The position numbers and the translations under genes are program-made. From Elusimicrobiota bacterium (GTDB taxonomy: Bacteria; Elusimicrobiota; Elusimicrobia; UBA1565): DNA of 55,856 nucleotides. Location: the NCBI GenBank assembly GCA_043819795.1, contig JBDREN010000155.1:1-55856 (forward strand), written 5' to 3'. How positions within the stretch are numbered: position 1 is the first letter of the stretch; each line of letters begins with the position of its first letter. Below, in pieces: positions 1 to 9,878 of this stretch. The notes below the pieces were generated by a model, which saw only the letters and a program-made list of their open reading frames with translations, was not told where the DNA came from and ran no database searches.

Positions 1-29
1 AATAGTTGTGGGTAAAGATTAGCCCGAAG

Positions 30-560
30 GGGGAGAGGGTCAGGGTGAGGGGGGGAACTCATGGAGGTGTTCACTCGTATACGGTAACGAGGTATCGCCC
101 ATGAACCCGATAGACTTCGCTCGCGGTCTGCGCCGGACCCCCACAGACGCCGAGGCCCGCATCCGGCTCCACCTGCGATCGCGAAGGCTGGTCGGATGGA
201 AATTTCGCCGCCAGCACCCCATCGGCCCCTACATCGTGGACTTCCGCCGCGTCGAAAGCCGTTTGGTCGTCGAGCTAGACGGAGGCCGGCATCGAGAGCG
301 CCAACAGTACGATAAGAAACGGACCGCCTTCCTGCGCTCGAAGGGGTGGCAGGTCCTCCGCTTCTGGGACAACGACGCCCTGCTGGAAACGGATTGCGTG
401 CCGGGGGCGATTCTAGAGGCCTTGCCCGACCGACCCTCACCCGCGCTTCGCTGTGCTCAGCGCGACCTCTCCCGCAAGCGGGAGAGGTGATCCCCGCCTC
501 CCGCAAGCGGGAGAGGTGATCCCCCCCTCCACCCCCACGAAGCGGGGCAGAGGGGACATG
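30..560. repeat. REP-like inverted repeats flanking the DUF559 gene
   Basis: Upstream GGGAGAGGGTCAGGGTGAGGG (~31-51) is complementary to downstream CCCTCACCC...CCTCTCCC (434-473); hairpin CCTCTCCCGC-AA-GCGGGAGAGG (466-487) largely repeated 29 nt later (498-524). Confidence 0.7.
101..490 (+). CDS. DUF559 / Vsr-like endonuclease domain protein
   Basis: Motifs ARGLRRTPTDAE, KFRRQHPIGPYIVDF, LVVELDGGRH, GWQVLRFWDND typical of DUF559. Confidence 0.85.
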   Translation: MNPIDFARGLRRTPTDAEARIRLHLRSRRLVGWKFRRQHPIGPYIVDFRRVESRLVVELDGGRHRERQQYDKKRTAFLRSKGWQVLRFWDNDALLETDCVPGAILEALPDRPSPALRCAQRDLSRKRER

Positions 561-682
561 ACGGTTGTTGATGGGACACCCAATCTCCGATGCCTCTCCG
601 TCGGAGAGGCGGAGGATTCAGGAAGCCTTGCGGAAGTCAGGAAGGGTCGCCCGCCGAAGGCGGGCAGGCGCTTGTCGCCGCT

Positions 683-1969
683 CTACAATCCGGAGGGCCA
701 ATGGTCCAATATGCCGCGCCAGGACTCGCGGGCCAGGATGATCTTCGTGGTCGCGATGTTGTCGCCCGCGTCCTGGTTGTAGAAGACGGTCACGCCGGAG
801 TTGGCGGTCGTCGTGACCGAGCCCACGATGTACAGCGCGCCGTAGATGTAGCTGTTGCCGCCTCCGCCCGAGCTCGAAAAGCCGCCGCCGATGTACATGA
901 AGCCCTGGACCGCGAACTTGTTGCTCGGAGACGGCGCGTAGGTGAGCGTGGGCGTGGACTCGTAGACGGACTCGAGTCCGGGCCAATCCGCGGAGGCGTC
1001 GCTGTCGAACTCGCTCACGAAGTGGGCCCAGTTGTTGCAGTACTGCTTCCAGGCCCCCTGCGGGACGCTCATCGTGGTGCTGCCCTTGCCCCAGGCGCCG
1101 CTCGCGGTCGCGACGTTGCCCGTCACCACGAGGGTGCCGACGATCTCGATGCCCGGCGAGGCGAGCGTGAGGTTGCCGTCCACGTAGACCGTGCCGCCGT
1201 CGGTGTAGGAGTAGTTCTTCCAGCTCTGGGAGGTGTTGAAGTACGTGCCGCCGGCCTGCGCCGAGGAGCGGTAGAAGTCCAGGTCGATGCCGGGGTCCGG
1301 CGGGATATCCGGGCTGAACGCCCACCACTGGCAGCAGCCCAGGCTCCCGCCGGGGCCGCAGTTCGGAGGATCGGCCTCCGGGCTGGTGGCGTCGAGGTCT
1401 ATGCTGGCCGCCGAGTGGAACTGGGGGGAGGTCCGGCCGGCGGTCGTGATGGGCTTCCCGCTGATGACCGCGCCCCATTCCACGTCCACGCCGCCCCCGA
1501 CCTGCACGCCGGCCAGGGACATGATCGCCACGTCGCCGAGCGTCTTCTGGGTGTAGACGGCCTTGAGCGCGCGGACCTCCTTTTTGTGCTTATCCTTCCC
1601 GATGCTGATGACCGTGGCCTGGCGCTCCTCGGGCCCGCTCGAGACGAGGACGGTGTACCAGCCGCCCTCCACGTCTTCGAACGCCTTGTCCAGGCGAAAA
1701 TCGGCGATGGGGGTCCCGAAGTCGATGAGGCTGTACCACGTGCTCGTCGAGAGCGTGATGGCCCGGTAGCCCTTCTCGAGGCCGGCCTCGGCCAGGTGGA
1801 AGGCGGTCGTGGACTGGAGCTGCTTCTCGGTCCAGCGCGCCTCGCGCTGGGTGTAGAGCACCATCAAGGGGACGAGCGTGGCCATGACGACCAGAAGCAG
1901 CAGCACGACCACCACGACCTGGCCGTCGTTCCCCAACGCGCGCAACGTGCGCTTGGCCCCTTGGACCAT
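683..1969 (-). CDS. PilX/GspK-like minor pilin with extended C-terminal domain (cassette A)
   Basis: ATG at 1969 overlaps upstream stop (TGATG); G|QVVVVVLLLLVV prepilin-like helix without Glu5; AFHLAEAGLEKG PilX-N motif. Confidence 0.8.
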   Translation of the reverse strand: MVQGAKRTLRALGNDGQVVVVVLLLLVVMATLVPLMVLYTQREARWTEKQLQSTTAFHLAEAGLEKGYRAITLSTSTWYSLIDFGTPIADFRLDKAFEDVEGGWYTVLVSSGPEERQATVISIGKDKHKKEVRALKAVYTQKTLGDVAIMSLAGVQVGGGVDVEWGAVISGKPITTAGRTSPQFHSAASIDLDATSPEADPPNCGPGGSLGCCQWWAFSPDIPPDPGIDLDFYRSSAQAGGTYFNTSQSWKNYSYTDGGTVYVDGNLTLASPGIEIVGTLVVTGNVATASGAWGKGSTTMSVPQGAWKQYCNNWAHFVSEFDSDASADWPGLESVYESTPTLTYAPSPSNKFAVQGFMYIGGGFSSSGGGGNSYIYGALYIVGSVTTTANSGVTVFYNQDAGDNIATTKIILARESWRGILDHWPSGL

Positions 1970-2490
1970 CAGTTCATCACCCGGACCTTCTGAATGGTCA
2001 GCTCCAGGGCCTTGCGCTGGCCGCGCTGGATGGACTTGGCCATCGTCATCGAGACGCTTATGATCGTGGGATCGTCGGAGCGCGGGAACGTGAAGGCGAT
2101 GTAGGACAGGTTGCTCGCGATCGTGGTCGACGCCCCCCCGATGGCCTGGATGAGTTTGGAGCCTTGCTGGCGGAACTCGATCCTGCGGCCGTCCACGTGG
2201 TCGAAGCGGATGCGCGAGTAGGGCCCCTGGCCGCTCGGGGTGTCGACGATGATCGTCCGGTACTTGCCCTGGCGCAGGAAGCGGTTGATGATGTCCAGGC
2301 ACACGCGGGCGTCGCGCTGGATCTCGTTGCGGGCGGTGGTCATCAGGTAGAAGTTCTGCAGCTGGATCATGAGCCGCGGACCGGCCATGGCGAGGATCCC
2401 GATGACGGTGACCGTGATCATGGCCTCGACGAGGCTGTAGCCCCGGCGGCCATGGCCGGTCCGGCGAGAGCGTCCGCGTAGGTGGCTCAT
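1969..2490 (-). CDS. Prepilin-type N-terminal cleavage protein, PilW/GspJ-like (cassette A)
   Basis: RRG|YSLVEAMITVTVIGIL class III signal peptide. Confidence 0.85.
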   Translation of the reverse strand: MSHLRGRSRRTGHGRRGYSLVEAMITVTVIGILAMAGPRLMIQLQNFYLMTTARNEIQRDARVCLDIINRFLRQGKYRTIIVDTPSGQGPYSRIRFDHVDGRRIEFRQQGSKLIQAIGGASTTIASNLSYIAFTFPRSDDPTIISVSMTMAKSIQRGQRKALELTIQKVRVMN

Positions 2491-2494
2491 CTCG

Positions 2495-5158
2495 CTACGG
2501 CACCTCGATGTCGTGCGTCGTGCTCGCGTTGCGCGTGATCGTGATGCCCGAATACGTCTTCGTCGTGATGCTGACCGAATCTCCGGCGATGATGGGGACG
2601 TAGGCCGAGACGTAGTACGTGTCCGTGTCCGAGCCCCGGATATCCATCTCGTAGGTGCCGTCGGCCAGGCTCGACGCCGCGTAGATGACCGTCTGCGCGG
2701 GCGAGGACGAGGCGACGATCTCCGGGGGGGTCGCCGAGATCGCGGCCTTGCTGGCCAGGATCAGCGCGCCCGTCGTCACCCGTTGGCCGTTGTGGGTCAC
2801 GTTCCCCGAGAGCGTGCCGAGCGCGCCCGTGATGGTGAACGTCCCGACGTCCACCGTCTCGGTGTAGGACACGGAGACGTCGACGTCCAGGGGGTCCGAG
2901 GACTCCGCGGACTCGAGCGCCGGCTGCACGGTGTAGGTGCCGGTCGCCAGGTTCTTGATGTAGAAGGTCCCCGACTCGTCGGTGGTCGCCGTGCCGTACT
3001 GGACCCCGCTGATCTCGGCGGTGAACTGGACGTTCGGGAGGGGGGAGACTCCGTCGGTCGAGGCGTAGCCCGAGATGACGCCGCCCTCGGTCAGGACCAC
3101 GTTCAAGGTCGTGATCTGGCCGGTCTGGATGTCCGCCTGGGAGATGTACTCGACGTAGGTGGTGTCCGCGTTGTTCGGGTTCACGACGACCGAGACGGCG
3201 CCGCTTGAGACCTGCGCGAAGTAGCGTCCGTTGGAGCCGGTCGTCTTGTTCTCCCCGGCGGCGGAGACCACGATGCCGGTCAGGGGCGCGTCGTTGACCC
3301 CGGTGATGGCCCCGGCGATATAGCCCTGGACCGTGGAGGTGGAGAGGAACGCGGAGGGCAGGCCGGCCAGGACCCAGGCCGGCGTGGTCGTCGCGTTCGG
3401 GACCGGGGTCGGGGCCCCGAGGGTCACCGTGGCTGAGGCGAACTGCTGCTGGTACGACCCGCTGGCCACGATCACGTTCCACGTGCCCGTGGACACGCCC
3501 TCGAGCTCGAAGGCCGCGTACGGGATGTACAGGGGTCCGGGGTTGAGGAGCCCGTAGGAGCTGCCGCTGGTCACGGTCACGGCGTAGGCCTGGGTGGCCG
3601 CGCCCAGAAGGTCGTCGGCCGTGACGTGAGCCCCGACGGCCGGCACGCCGGCCAGGACCGTTTGCGCGGGGTCGACCGAGCTGTGGGGCTCGTAGATGAT
3701 CTCGCCGTCCCATTCGCCCTGCCAGGCGAAGATGAAGTCGTGGATGTTCGAGCCGGAGTCGTATGCCCTGCCGTACACGTCGCTGACGAGCAGGGGGCTT
3801 GATATCCGGACGATCTGCTTGCCCGGGGAGAGGCCGTCGGTGACCGAGGAGTCCGGGATGGGCGTGCCTTCGTAGCATCCGTTGTCGACTTTGCAGTAGG
3901 GAAAGGCCCCCTCGGTCGTGTCGTCGCACCAGCCGACCCTGTCGATGACCGAGTCGTCGGAGGCGTCGAGTATGCTGAAGCAGCCGGCGTCGTTTTCCTT
4001 GATATAGTCGGCGTTGGGGCTCCCGTAATAGGCGTCGGCGACCTGCAGGCTGCCGAGGATGTAGAAGGAGCCGGTGCTCGCGATCAGGTAGTATCCTCCC
4101 GAAGCCACGTACGTGGAGACGTAGGTGAGATTGAAGTCCGTGTCGTTCTTGTCGTGGGCGGTGGCCTTCTCTCCCTTGTAGTCCACCTTGACGCTCTTCG
4201 AGAAGGCGCTCGAGCCGATATCGATGGGATAGGTCGTGGGGTTGAAGAGCTCCACGTACTCGACTTCCTTGGTGTCGGTCCCCCCGCCGATGCGGGTCGT
4301 GCTCGAGGCCACGATCTGGGTGATGAGGAGCCCCGTGTTGAGCCAGGCGTTTCCCACGATCGTGCCGCTCCCGATGGCGGTGAGGGTGAACGACGAGGCG
4401 CTCGTGCCGGTCGTGCTCACGTAGACCTGCAGGTTCGTCTTGTCGTTGTAGCCGGCCGAGGAGGCCCGCATCGTGTAGGTGCCGCCGTGCAGGCGGAAGC
4501 TGAACTCGCCGAGGGCGTCGGTCGTGTCGCTCCAGTCCGGGTTCTCGAGGACCTTGACGAGGGCCCCGGACACGGGGTTGAGGGCCTCGTCCTCGACTGT
4601 GCCGGTCAGCGTGGCGTTGAGCGGCTCGATATTGGGGTTCTCGAAGAGGTTCTGAAGCGTGATGCGCTTCCAGGAGGTGTGCTGCTTCCACATCACGTGG
4701 ACCTTGAGGATCTTCAGCCCTGGGTCGGGGTAGTTGAAGGTCACCGTGGAGATCTCGTTGTCCACGACGTCGCCGAAGGCCACGTAGGTGCCGCGTTTGA
4801 AGGTGATGCCGCCGATCTCGATCGTCTCTTCCGGATAGTTGACCGTGTCGTAGACGAGCGCGGGGCTGAAGTCGTTGTTCGTCTGCGTGTCGGTCGAGAG
4901 CTGGAGCTTGTAGTAGGAGAGGTTCTTGAGGTTCTCGATCTTCTCCTGGGCGAGGTTGGTCCCGAGCGTGCGCGCGCGGGATATATGGATGGACTTCGTG
5001 ATGTACTGGAACGAGCTGACGAAGCTGAGGACCGCGATCGAGAGGATGGTGACCGCGACCATCAGCTCGACGAGGCTGACGCCGCGCCGGCCGCCGAGGC
5101 CCCGCTTAAGGGCGGCCGTTCGGAGGAGTTTTCGGACGAACGTGGTCCTTGAGCGCAT
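2495..5158 (-). CDS. Giant PilV-like prepilin fused to carboxypeptidase-regulatory-like beta-sandwiches and a lamin-tail-like domain (cassette A)
   Basis: RRG|VSLVELMVAVTIL; repeated G.ISG.V...G.P..G..V segments; LITQI...EYVELFNPTTYPIDI lamin-tail motif; ATG 5158 chosen because it lies downstream of the promoter. Confidence 0.8.
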   Translation of the reverse strand: MRSRTTFVRKLLRTAALKRGLGGRRGVSLVELMVAVTILSIAVLSFVSSFQYITKSIHISRARTLGTNLAQEKIENLKNLSYYKLQLSTDTQTNNDFSPALVYDTVNYPEETIEIGGITFKRGTYVAFGDVVDNEISTVTFNYPDPGLKILKVHVMWKQHTSWKRITLQNLFENPNIEPLNATLTGTVEDEALNPVSGALVKVLENPDWSDTTDALGEFSFRLHGGTYTMRASSAGYNDKTNLQVYVSTTGTSASSFTLTAIGSGTIVGNAWLNTGLLITQIVASSTTRIGGGTDTKEVEYVELFNPTTYPIDIGSSAFSKSVKVDYKGEKATAHDKNDTDFNLTYVSTYVASGGYYLIASTGSFYILGSLQVADAYYGSPNADYIKENDAGCFSILDASDDSVIDRVGWCDDTTEGAFPYCKVDNGCYEGTPIPDSSVTDGLSPGKQIVRISSPLLVSDVYGRAYDSGSNIHDFIFAWQGEWDGEIIYEPHSSVDPAQTVLAGVPAVGAHVTADDLLGAATQAYAVTVTSGSSYGLLNPGPLYIPYAAFELEGVSTGTWNVIVASGSYQQQFASATVTLGAPTPVPNATTTPAWVLAGLPSAFLSTSTVQGYIAGAITGVNDAPLTGIVVSAAGENKTTGSNGRYFAQVSSGAVSVVVNPNNADTTYVEYISQADIQTGQITTLNVVLTEGGVISGYASTDGVSPLPNVQFTAEISGVQYGTATTDESGTFYIKNLATGTYTVQPALESAESSDPLDVDVSVSYTETVDVGTFTITGALGTLSGNVTHNGQRVTTGALILASKAAISATPPEIVASSSPAQTVIYAASSLADGTYEMDIRGSDTDTYYVSAYVPIIAGDSVSITTKTYSGITITRNASTTHDIEVP

Positions 5159-5171
5159 ATCCGGAAGCTTT

Positions 5172-5200
5172 AGTATATGCGCTTTTCCCCGAAGATTCAA
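5172..5200 (-). promoter_or_regulatory. sigma70-type promoter of pilin cassette A
   Basis: Minus strand TTGAAT-17 nt-TATACT. Confidence 0.7.
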
Positions 5201-5297
5201 GAAGAATGTCTTGGATTGTCTTGGATTTTTCCGAAAATCCCCAAGGGGAATCCCCGGAGGGATCCGCGAGAAAGCCGCGGGAATCCCGCCCGGCGGG

Positions 5298-6782
5298 TCA
5301 GAAGGGCTTGGCGATGAGCTCCTTCCAGGAGGTCTGCACGATGGTGTGCGCGGTCACCTGCACCTCGAGGCTGGCGTCGTAGAAGATGCTGACGGTGCCG
5401 CCGCCCGAGAAGGAGCCGCTGTCCGACATGACCACCCCGTTGATGGCGGTGTTTCCGGCGACCTTCATGTTCCCCTTGACGTACATGAAGCCTTTAAACG
5501 ACATGGCGTCGGCCGGACCCCCGCCCAGGTCGCCGTGGGCGACGCAGCCTGTGCCGAACTTGAAGGTCTCGGTGGAGGCGATGCCGTGGTCTCCCGGGTA
5601 CTGGTGGCAGCAGGCGTCGTCTCCCTCCGCCTCGTCGGCGTTGTCGTAGTCGCCGTCGTCGGTGGCCCCGGGGCCGCCGCCCACGCAGCCCCCCGGCGGG
5701 CTGACGCCCAGGCAGTCATCGCCGTTGTCGGGCGCGTTCTTGCGGTACTCCAGGTAGGCCGTGGTGGGGATCTCGGGGATGTAATCGCCGTACTCGATGC
5801 CGCCCGACGCGCCCTGCCCGCCGCCCACGAAGGATATGCCCCCCATCACGATGACCGTGCCCCGAAAATGGGTCGAGCCGCCGAAGGCCACGTTGGCCTC
5901 GAAGTAGTAGGTCCGCGTCGAGATCGTCGCGAAGTTGTTGTAGGACTGGTTGGTCGTGTAGTAGCAGCTCCCCGCCGGGGTGCCGCCGGCCGGGCAGCCG
6001 GTCTCGGCCTTGGACTGCTCCCTGTAGTAGTCCAGGTCGATGGCGGGGGTGTCCGGCACGCCCGGCGACTCGTTGTAGCTCCACCACTCCAGGTCGTCGG
6101 TATTGGGCGGGGTGGGGTTGGTATCGCGGTCCGGGGAACCCGTGATGGCCCCTCTCGAGAGCTTGCGGGGGTAGAACTCGTCGGCCGCCAGGTCGATGGC
6201 CCCGGTGGACATCAGGGGGCCCCAGTAGATCCTGGCGCCTCCGAAGACGTTGGTGGCCGGGGCGTAGATCGCGGCCGGCGTGGAGTCCCGCAGGAGGAGC
6301 ACCTCGATGGCCCGGAACGCCTTCTCGTCTTTGTCCCGTCCCGTGGATTCGACCCGGACCTCCTTGGCTACGGTCGTGCTCGAGAGAAGCACCCTGTAGG
6401 AGCCCTCGTTGATATCCGTGTACGTCAGCTCGTTCAGGTAGCCCGAGGGGATGATCCCGTCCAGGGCGTCGTCGAAGGTGGCGCTGCTCGATCGGAGCAC
6501 CCAGAGCGCGCGCTCGATGCCGGCCTCGGCCGCGTAGAAGGCCGCGGTCGTCCGCTTCTGCTTCATGGACATCTTGGACTCGTTCTGGACCAGGAACACG
6601 AGCGCGGGGGTCAGCACGGCCAGGACCAGGAGCATCAAAAGGGCGCCCACCAGCAGTTGTCCTCTCTCGCCGTTCTTGCCGTGCGTTGTTGAGCTAAGAG
6701 CGAGCTTCAAGGAATTCGGCACTGGACCACGTTTTCGGGTATGGCCAAATTCCTTGAAGTCGCGATACATGTCTTCAGTCAT
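5298..6782 (-). CDS. PilX/GspK-like minor pilin with Asp/Cys-rich C-terminal domain (cassette B)
   Basis: ERG|QLLVGALLMLLVL; AFYAAEAGIERA; paralogous to 683..1969 (P.IDLD.YR, F.GFMY, SW.E/G ending); exact start uncertain. Confidence 0.8.
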   Translation of the reverse strand: MTEDMYRDFKEFGHTRKRGPVPNSLKLALSSTTHGKNGERGQLLVGALLMLLVLAVLTPALVFLVQNESKMSMKQKRTTAAFYAAEAGIERALWVLRSSSATFDDALDGIIPSGYLNELTYTDINEGSYRVLLSSTTVAKEVRVESTGRDKDEKAFRAIEVLLLRDSTPAAIYAPATNVFGGARIYWGPLMSTGAIDLAADEFYPRKLSRGAITGSPDRDTNPTPPNTDDLEWWSYNESPGVPDTPAIDLDYYREQSKAETGCPAGGTPAGSCYYTTNQSYNNFATISTRTYYFEANVAFGGSTHFRGTVIVMGGISFVGGGQGASGGIEYGDYIPEIPTTAYLEYRKNAPDNGDDCLGVSPPGGCVGGGPGATDDGDYDNADEAEGDDACCHQYPGDHGIASTETFKFGTGCVAHGDLGGGPADAMSFKGFMYVKGNMKVAGNTAINGVVMSDSGSFSGGGTVSIFYDASLEVQVTAHTIVQTSWKELIAKPF

Positions 6783-7275
6783 TGCGGACGCGGATCTTCT
6801 CCACCGAAAGCTGCAGGGCCTTGGTCTGGCCCTCGTAGGTGGCCCTCTCCAAGGTGAGCGTGACCGAGACCAGGGTGTCGTCGTCCGTGCGGGGGTGGGT
6901 GAAGGCGAGGTAGCGCAGGTTCTTGGCGATGGACTTGGTGCCTCCGGTCACCTGGTAGAGCTGGCTCCCCTCCTGGTAGAAGCTCATGACTCGGTCGTCC
7001 ATCTTCTTGAAACTGATGCGCGAGTAGGGCGGCTGGCCCGAGAGCTGGTCCACGATGATCGAGGTGGTCCGCGCCTGGCGCAGGTTGCGTCCGATGAGAG
7101 CGAATACCGTCCGGGCGTCGCGCTGGATCTCCGCGCGCGCCTGGTTCTGCCGGAAGAAGCGGGAGACCTGGATGAACAGCTGGGGCACCACCATGGCCAG
7201 GATGCCGACGATGGCGATGACCGCCATCATCTCGGTCAGGGTGTAGCCATATGCCTTGGGCGCGCCGCTTCGCAT
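6775..7275 (-). CDS. Prepilin-type N-terminal cleavage protein, PilW/GspJ-like (cassette B)
   Basis: YG|YTLTEMMAVIAIVGIL; close paralog of 1969..2490 (EIQRDAR, PYSRI, AFT.PR.DD, KAL.L...K.RV.N). Confidence 0.85.
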   Translation of the reverse strand: MRSGAPKAYGYTLTEMMAVIAIVGILAMVVPQLFIQVSRFFRQNQARAEIQRDARTVFALIGRNLRQARTTSIIVDQLSGQPPYSRISFKKMDDRVMSFYQEGSQLYQVTGGTKSIAKNLRYLAFTHPRTDDDTLVSVTLTLERATYEGQTKALQLSVEKIRVRND

Positions 7276-7279
7276 GCCG

Positions 7280-9868
7280 CTACCAGTCCAGGTCCACCGT
7301 CAAGGAGCCCCCGGCGTCCACCGTGCCGCTGCCGCTCTGCTTGGTCGTCGTGGGGGCGGCGTCGTCGCGGGTGCTGTACCAGCCGTAGACGTTGTAGGTC
7401 CCGGCCCCGCCCCGGACCTCCACCGAGTAGGTCCCGCCGGACTGGCTGGAGGTGGCGTAATAGAGCACGCCGCCCGAGCGCAGGGCCGAGTGGTTGGCCG
7501 GGGGTTCGCTGCCCGATATCGTCCCGGTGGTCGCGACGATGAGCACTCCCGTGTCGATGGGAACGCCCCCCAGCTCCACCGTCCCGGCGATAGTGCCCAT
7601 GGCGCCGGACAAGGTGAACGTGTCGGACCAGACCGTCAGGCCGGCGCCCGATAGGGTGACGCTCTTGCTCGACGGGCTCACGCTCTCCCCGGTGTCGGTC
7701 TGCGGCTCCACGTAGTAGCTGCCGGTGGAGACGCCGATGATGGTGAAGTATCCGTCGCCGTCGCTGATGGCGCTGCCCATGGCGCTGCCCGAGCGGGTCG
7801 CGTTCACGGGGACGTTGGGCAGGGGGTCGGCGCCGTTCATCGTGATCCAGCCGCTGATGGAGCCGCCCTTCGGGAGCGAGAAGTCCACGCCCGCGGTGAA
7901 CCGTCCCGCGAAAACGGGCCAGCCCCCGCTGGAGACCGACACGTAGCTCGTGTCGTATCCGGGGTTGTCGGAGGGGTTGGCTTCCACCGTGTAGTCGGTC
8001 CCGGGCGTGAGGCTCAGCACGTACTTCCCGTCCGCGTCCGTGACAGCCGAATCATCGTAGGCCTCGATAGTGATCCCCGAGACGGGGCTCAGGTTGCCGT
8101 CCTGAACGGTGCCCGAGATGAACCCAGCGTCGATCGTGGAGCTCAGGACGGCCACGTAGTATCCGGCCGCGGGCCAGGCCGGAGTGGTCGTCGCGTTGGG
8201 GATCGACGTGGTCCCCCCCAGAGTGACGACCACCGAGCCGATCGCCGAGTGCAGCGAGCCGCTCGTCAGCGTCACCTGCCAGGTCCCGGTGGCGATCGAG
8301 CTCAGCTCGAACTGGACGTACGGCCGGCTGGCCCAGTAGCTCAAAAACGTGGCCGTCGAGCTCGACAGCCCGTCGTTGGCGGAGACCACCACGCCCTCGG
8401 CCGGGGTCCCGCCTATGATGGGCACGACCGTGCTGGAGCTGTTGCTCGGAGGGTAGATGATCGGGTTCTGGGCGGCCCAGTTCTGGAGGTTGTTGCCCGA
8501 GTCGTAGGCCGGGCCGTAGGTCGAGCTGTATCCCAGGATCGACGAGAACCGGTAATACTGCTCGCCGTTCTGAAGGCCCACGCATTCGGGCAGCGGCGAG
8601 CCTTCGTAGAATCCGGGGCTGTGGCCGCAGCCGCCGCCGTTCCAGCCGAACTGGTCGAGGATGGTTCCGTCGGACACCCGGTAGAGCTCTACGGCGCCCT
8701 CGCCTTCGAGCCCGTCCGAGTCCACCGGGATGATGTTGTAGTTGCCTCCCATGGCGTTGAAGTATTGGAAGTCGGTGTCGTTGTCCCCGAACGGGGTCGT
8801 GTCCCACACCGCGTCGGCGGCGAGCGTGGTGCCGAGCACGTGGAGGGTGCCTGTGTTGGCGAACACGTAGTACCCCGCGGGCTTGATCTCGTTCATGCGG
8901 TAGTCGATGTCGATGGTGCGCTTCGCGGGGTCCGCGCTCGTGTGGCGCTGGAACTTGAGGCCGATCTCGCCGTTGACGAGCCAGGTGAAGGTCGTCGGGT
9001 TGAAAATCTCGACGTACTCCTCGGGGAAGCCGCCCGTGACCGTGCTTCCCACCACCTGGCTGATCACGAGGTGGTCGTTGAGCCAGGCCGTGCCGCGGAC
9101 CGTCCCGGTGCCGATGGCGGTCAAGGTGAAGTCGTTGGTCGCCACCGCGCCGGAGTTTATGTTGAAGGAATCGCTGTAGGTGGTGTAATAGCCGCGCTTG
9201 TTCACGCGCAGGGTGTAGGTGCCCTCCGGCACCGTGTAGCTGTAGGTCCCGTCGGAGCTCGTCAGCCCGGAGAACGCCGCGTTCTGGAGCAGCACCACGT
9301 CCACATCGGCCAGGGCGGTCCCGACGCCGTCCTGCACGGTCCCCCGGATCACGCTGTTGAGGATCGTGAGGTTGGGGTTGGAGTGGAGGCTGGAGGCCTG
9401 GTACTTCTTCCACTCCCCGTCCTCCTGCCAGATGGTGTAGACCGTGATGCGCTTGATCCCGGTATCGGTCGCGTCGTGGGCGATCGCCTGGAAGTTGTTG
9501 CCCGCGCTCGCCATCTTTTCAATGAGCACGCGCTGGATGAAGTCGCAGTCGCCGATCCGCACGGTATGGGAGGGATAGGAACCGGTGTCGTAGGTGAAGG
9601 CGCCCATGCCGGGCTCCGTGGCGGTCGCGGTCACGGTGGAGACGAGCAGGCGGTGGTAGGACTTCTCCTTGAGCACCTCGAGCTTCTCCATGGTCAGGGG
9701 GGTGGCCGAGAGGGTCTGGGTCTTCGCCTTTTGGATGGCCTTGCCCATGGACCCGAAGGCGAGGATGAAGGCCATCACCCCGATGGAGAGGATGGCGGCG
9801 GTGACCACGAGCTCGATGAGCGTGAGCCCGGCCTCGCCGGACGGGGGGGATCTTCGTGCCGCGGCCAT
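7280..9868 (-). CDS. Giant PilV-like prepilin with carboxypeptidase-regulatory-like and lamin-tail-like domains (cassette B)
   Basis: EAG|LTLIELVVTAAIL; LVISQV...EYVEIFNPT; colinear paralog of 2495..5158 (AIG.GT..G.AWLN, PNATTTPAW). Confidence 0.8.
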   Translation of the reverse strand: MAAARRSPPSGEAGLTLIELVVTAAILSIGVMAFILAFGSMGKAIQKAKTQTLSATPLTMEKLEVLKEKSYHRLLVSTVTATATEPGMGAFTYDTGSYPSHTVRIGDCDFIQRVLIEKMASAGNNFQAIAHDATDTGIKRITVYTIWQEDGEWKKYQASSLHSNPNLTILNSVIRGTVQDGVGTALADVDVVLLQNAAFSGLTSSDGTYSYTVPEGTYTLRVNKRGYYTTYSDSFNINSGAVATNDFTLTAIGTGTVRGTAWLNDHLVISQVVGSTVTGGFPEEYVEIFNPTTFTWLVNGEIGLKFQRHTSADPAKRTIDIDYRMNEIKPAGYYVFANTGTLHVLGTTLAADAVWDTTPFGDNDTDFQYFNAMGGNYNIIPVDSDGLEGEGAVELYRVSDGTILDQFGWNGGGCGHSPGFYEGSPLPECVGLQNGEQYYRFSSILGYSSTYGPAYDSGNNLQNWAAQNPIIYPPSNSSSTVVPIIGGTPAEGVVVSANDGLSSSTATFLSYWASRPYVQFELSSIATGTWQVTLTSGSLHSAIGSVVVTLGGTTSIPNATTTPAWPAAGYYVAVLSSTIDAGFISGTVQDGNLSPVSGITIEAYDDSAVTDADGKYVLSLTPGTDYTVEANPSDNPGYDTSYVSVSSGGWPVFAGRFTAGVDFSLPKGGSISGWITMNGADPLPNVPVNATRSGSAMGSAISDGDGYFTIIGVSTGSYYVEPQTDTGESVSPSSKSVTLSGAGLTVWSDTFTLSGAMGTIAGTVELGGVPIDTGVLIVATTGTISGSEPPANHSALRSGGVLYYATSSQSGGTYSVEVRGGAGTYNVYGWYSTRDDAAPTTTKQSGSGTVDAGGSLTVDLDW

Positions 9869-9878
9869 CTCCAGTGTA

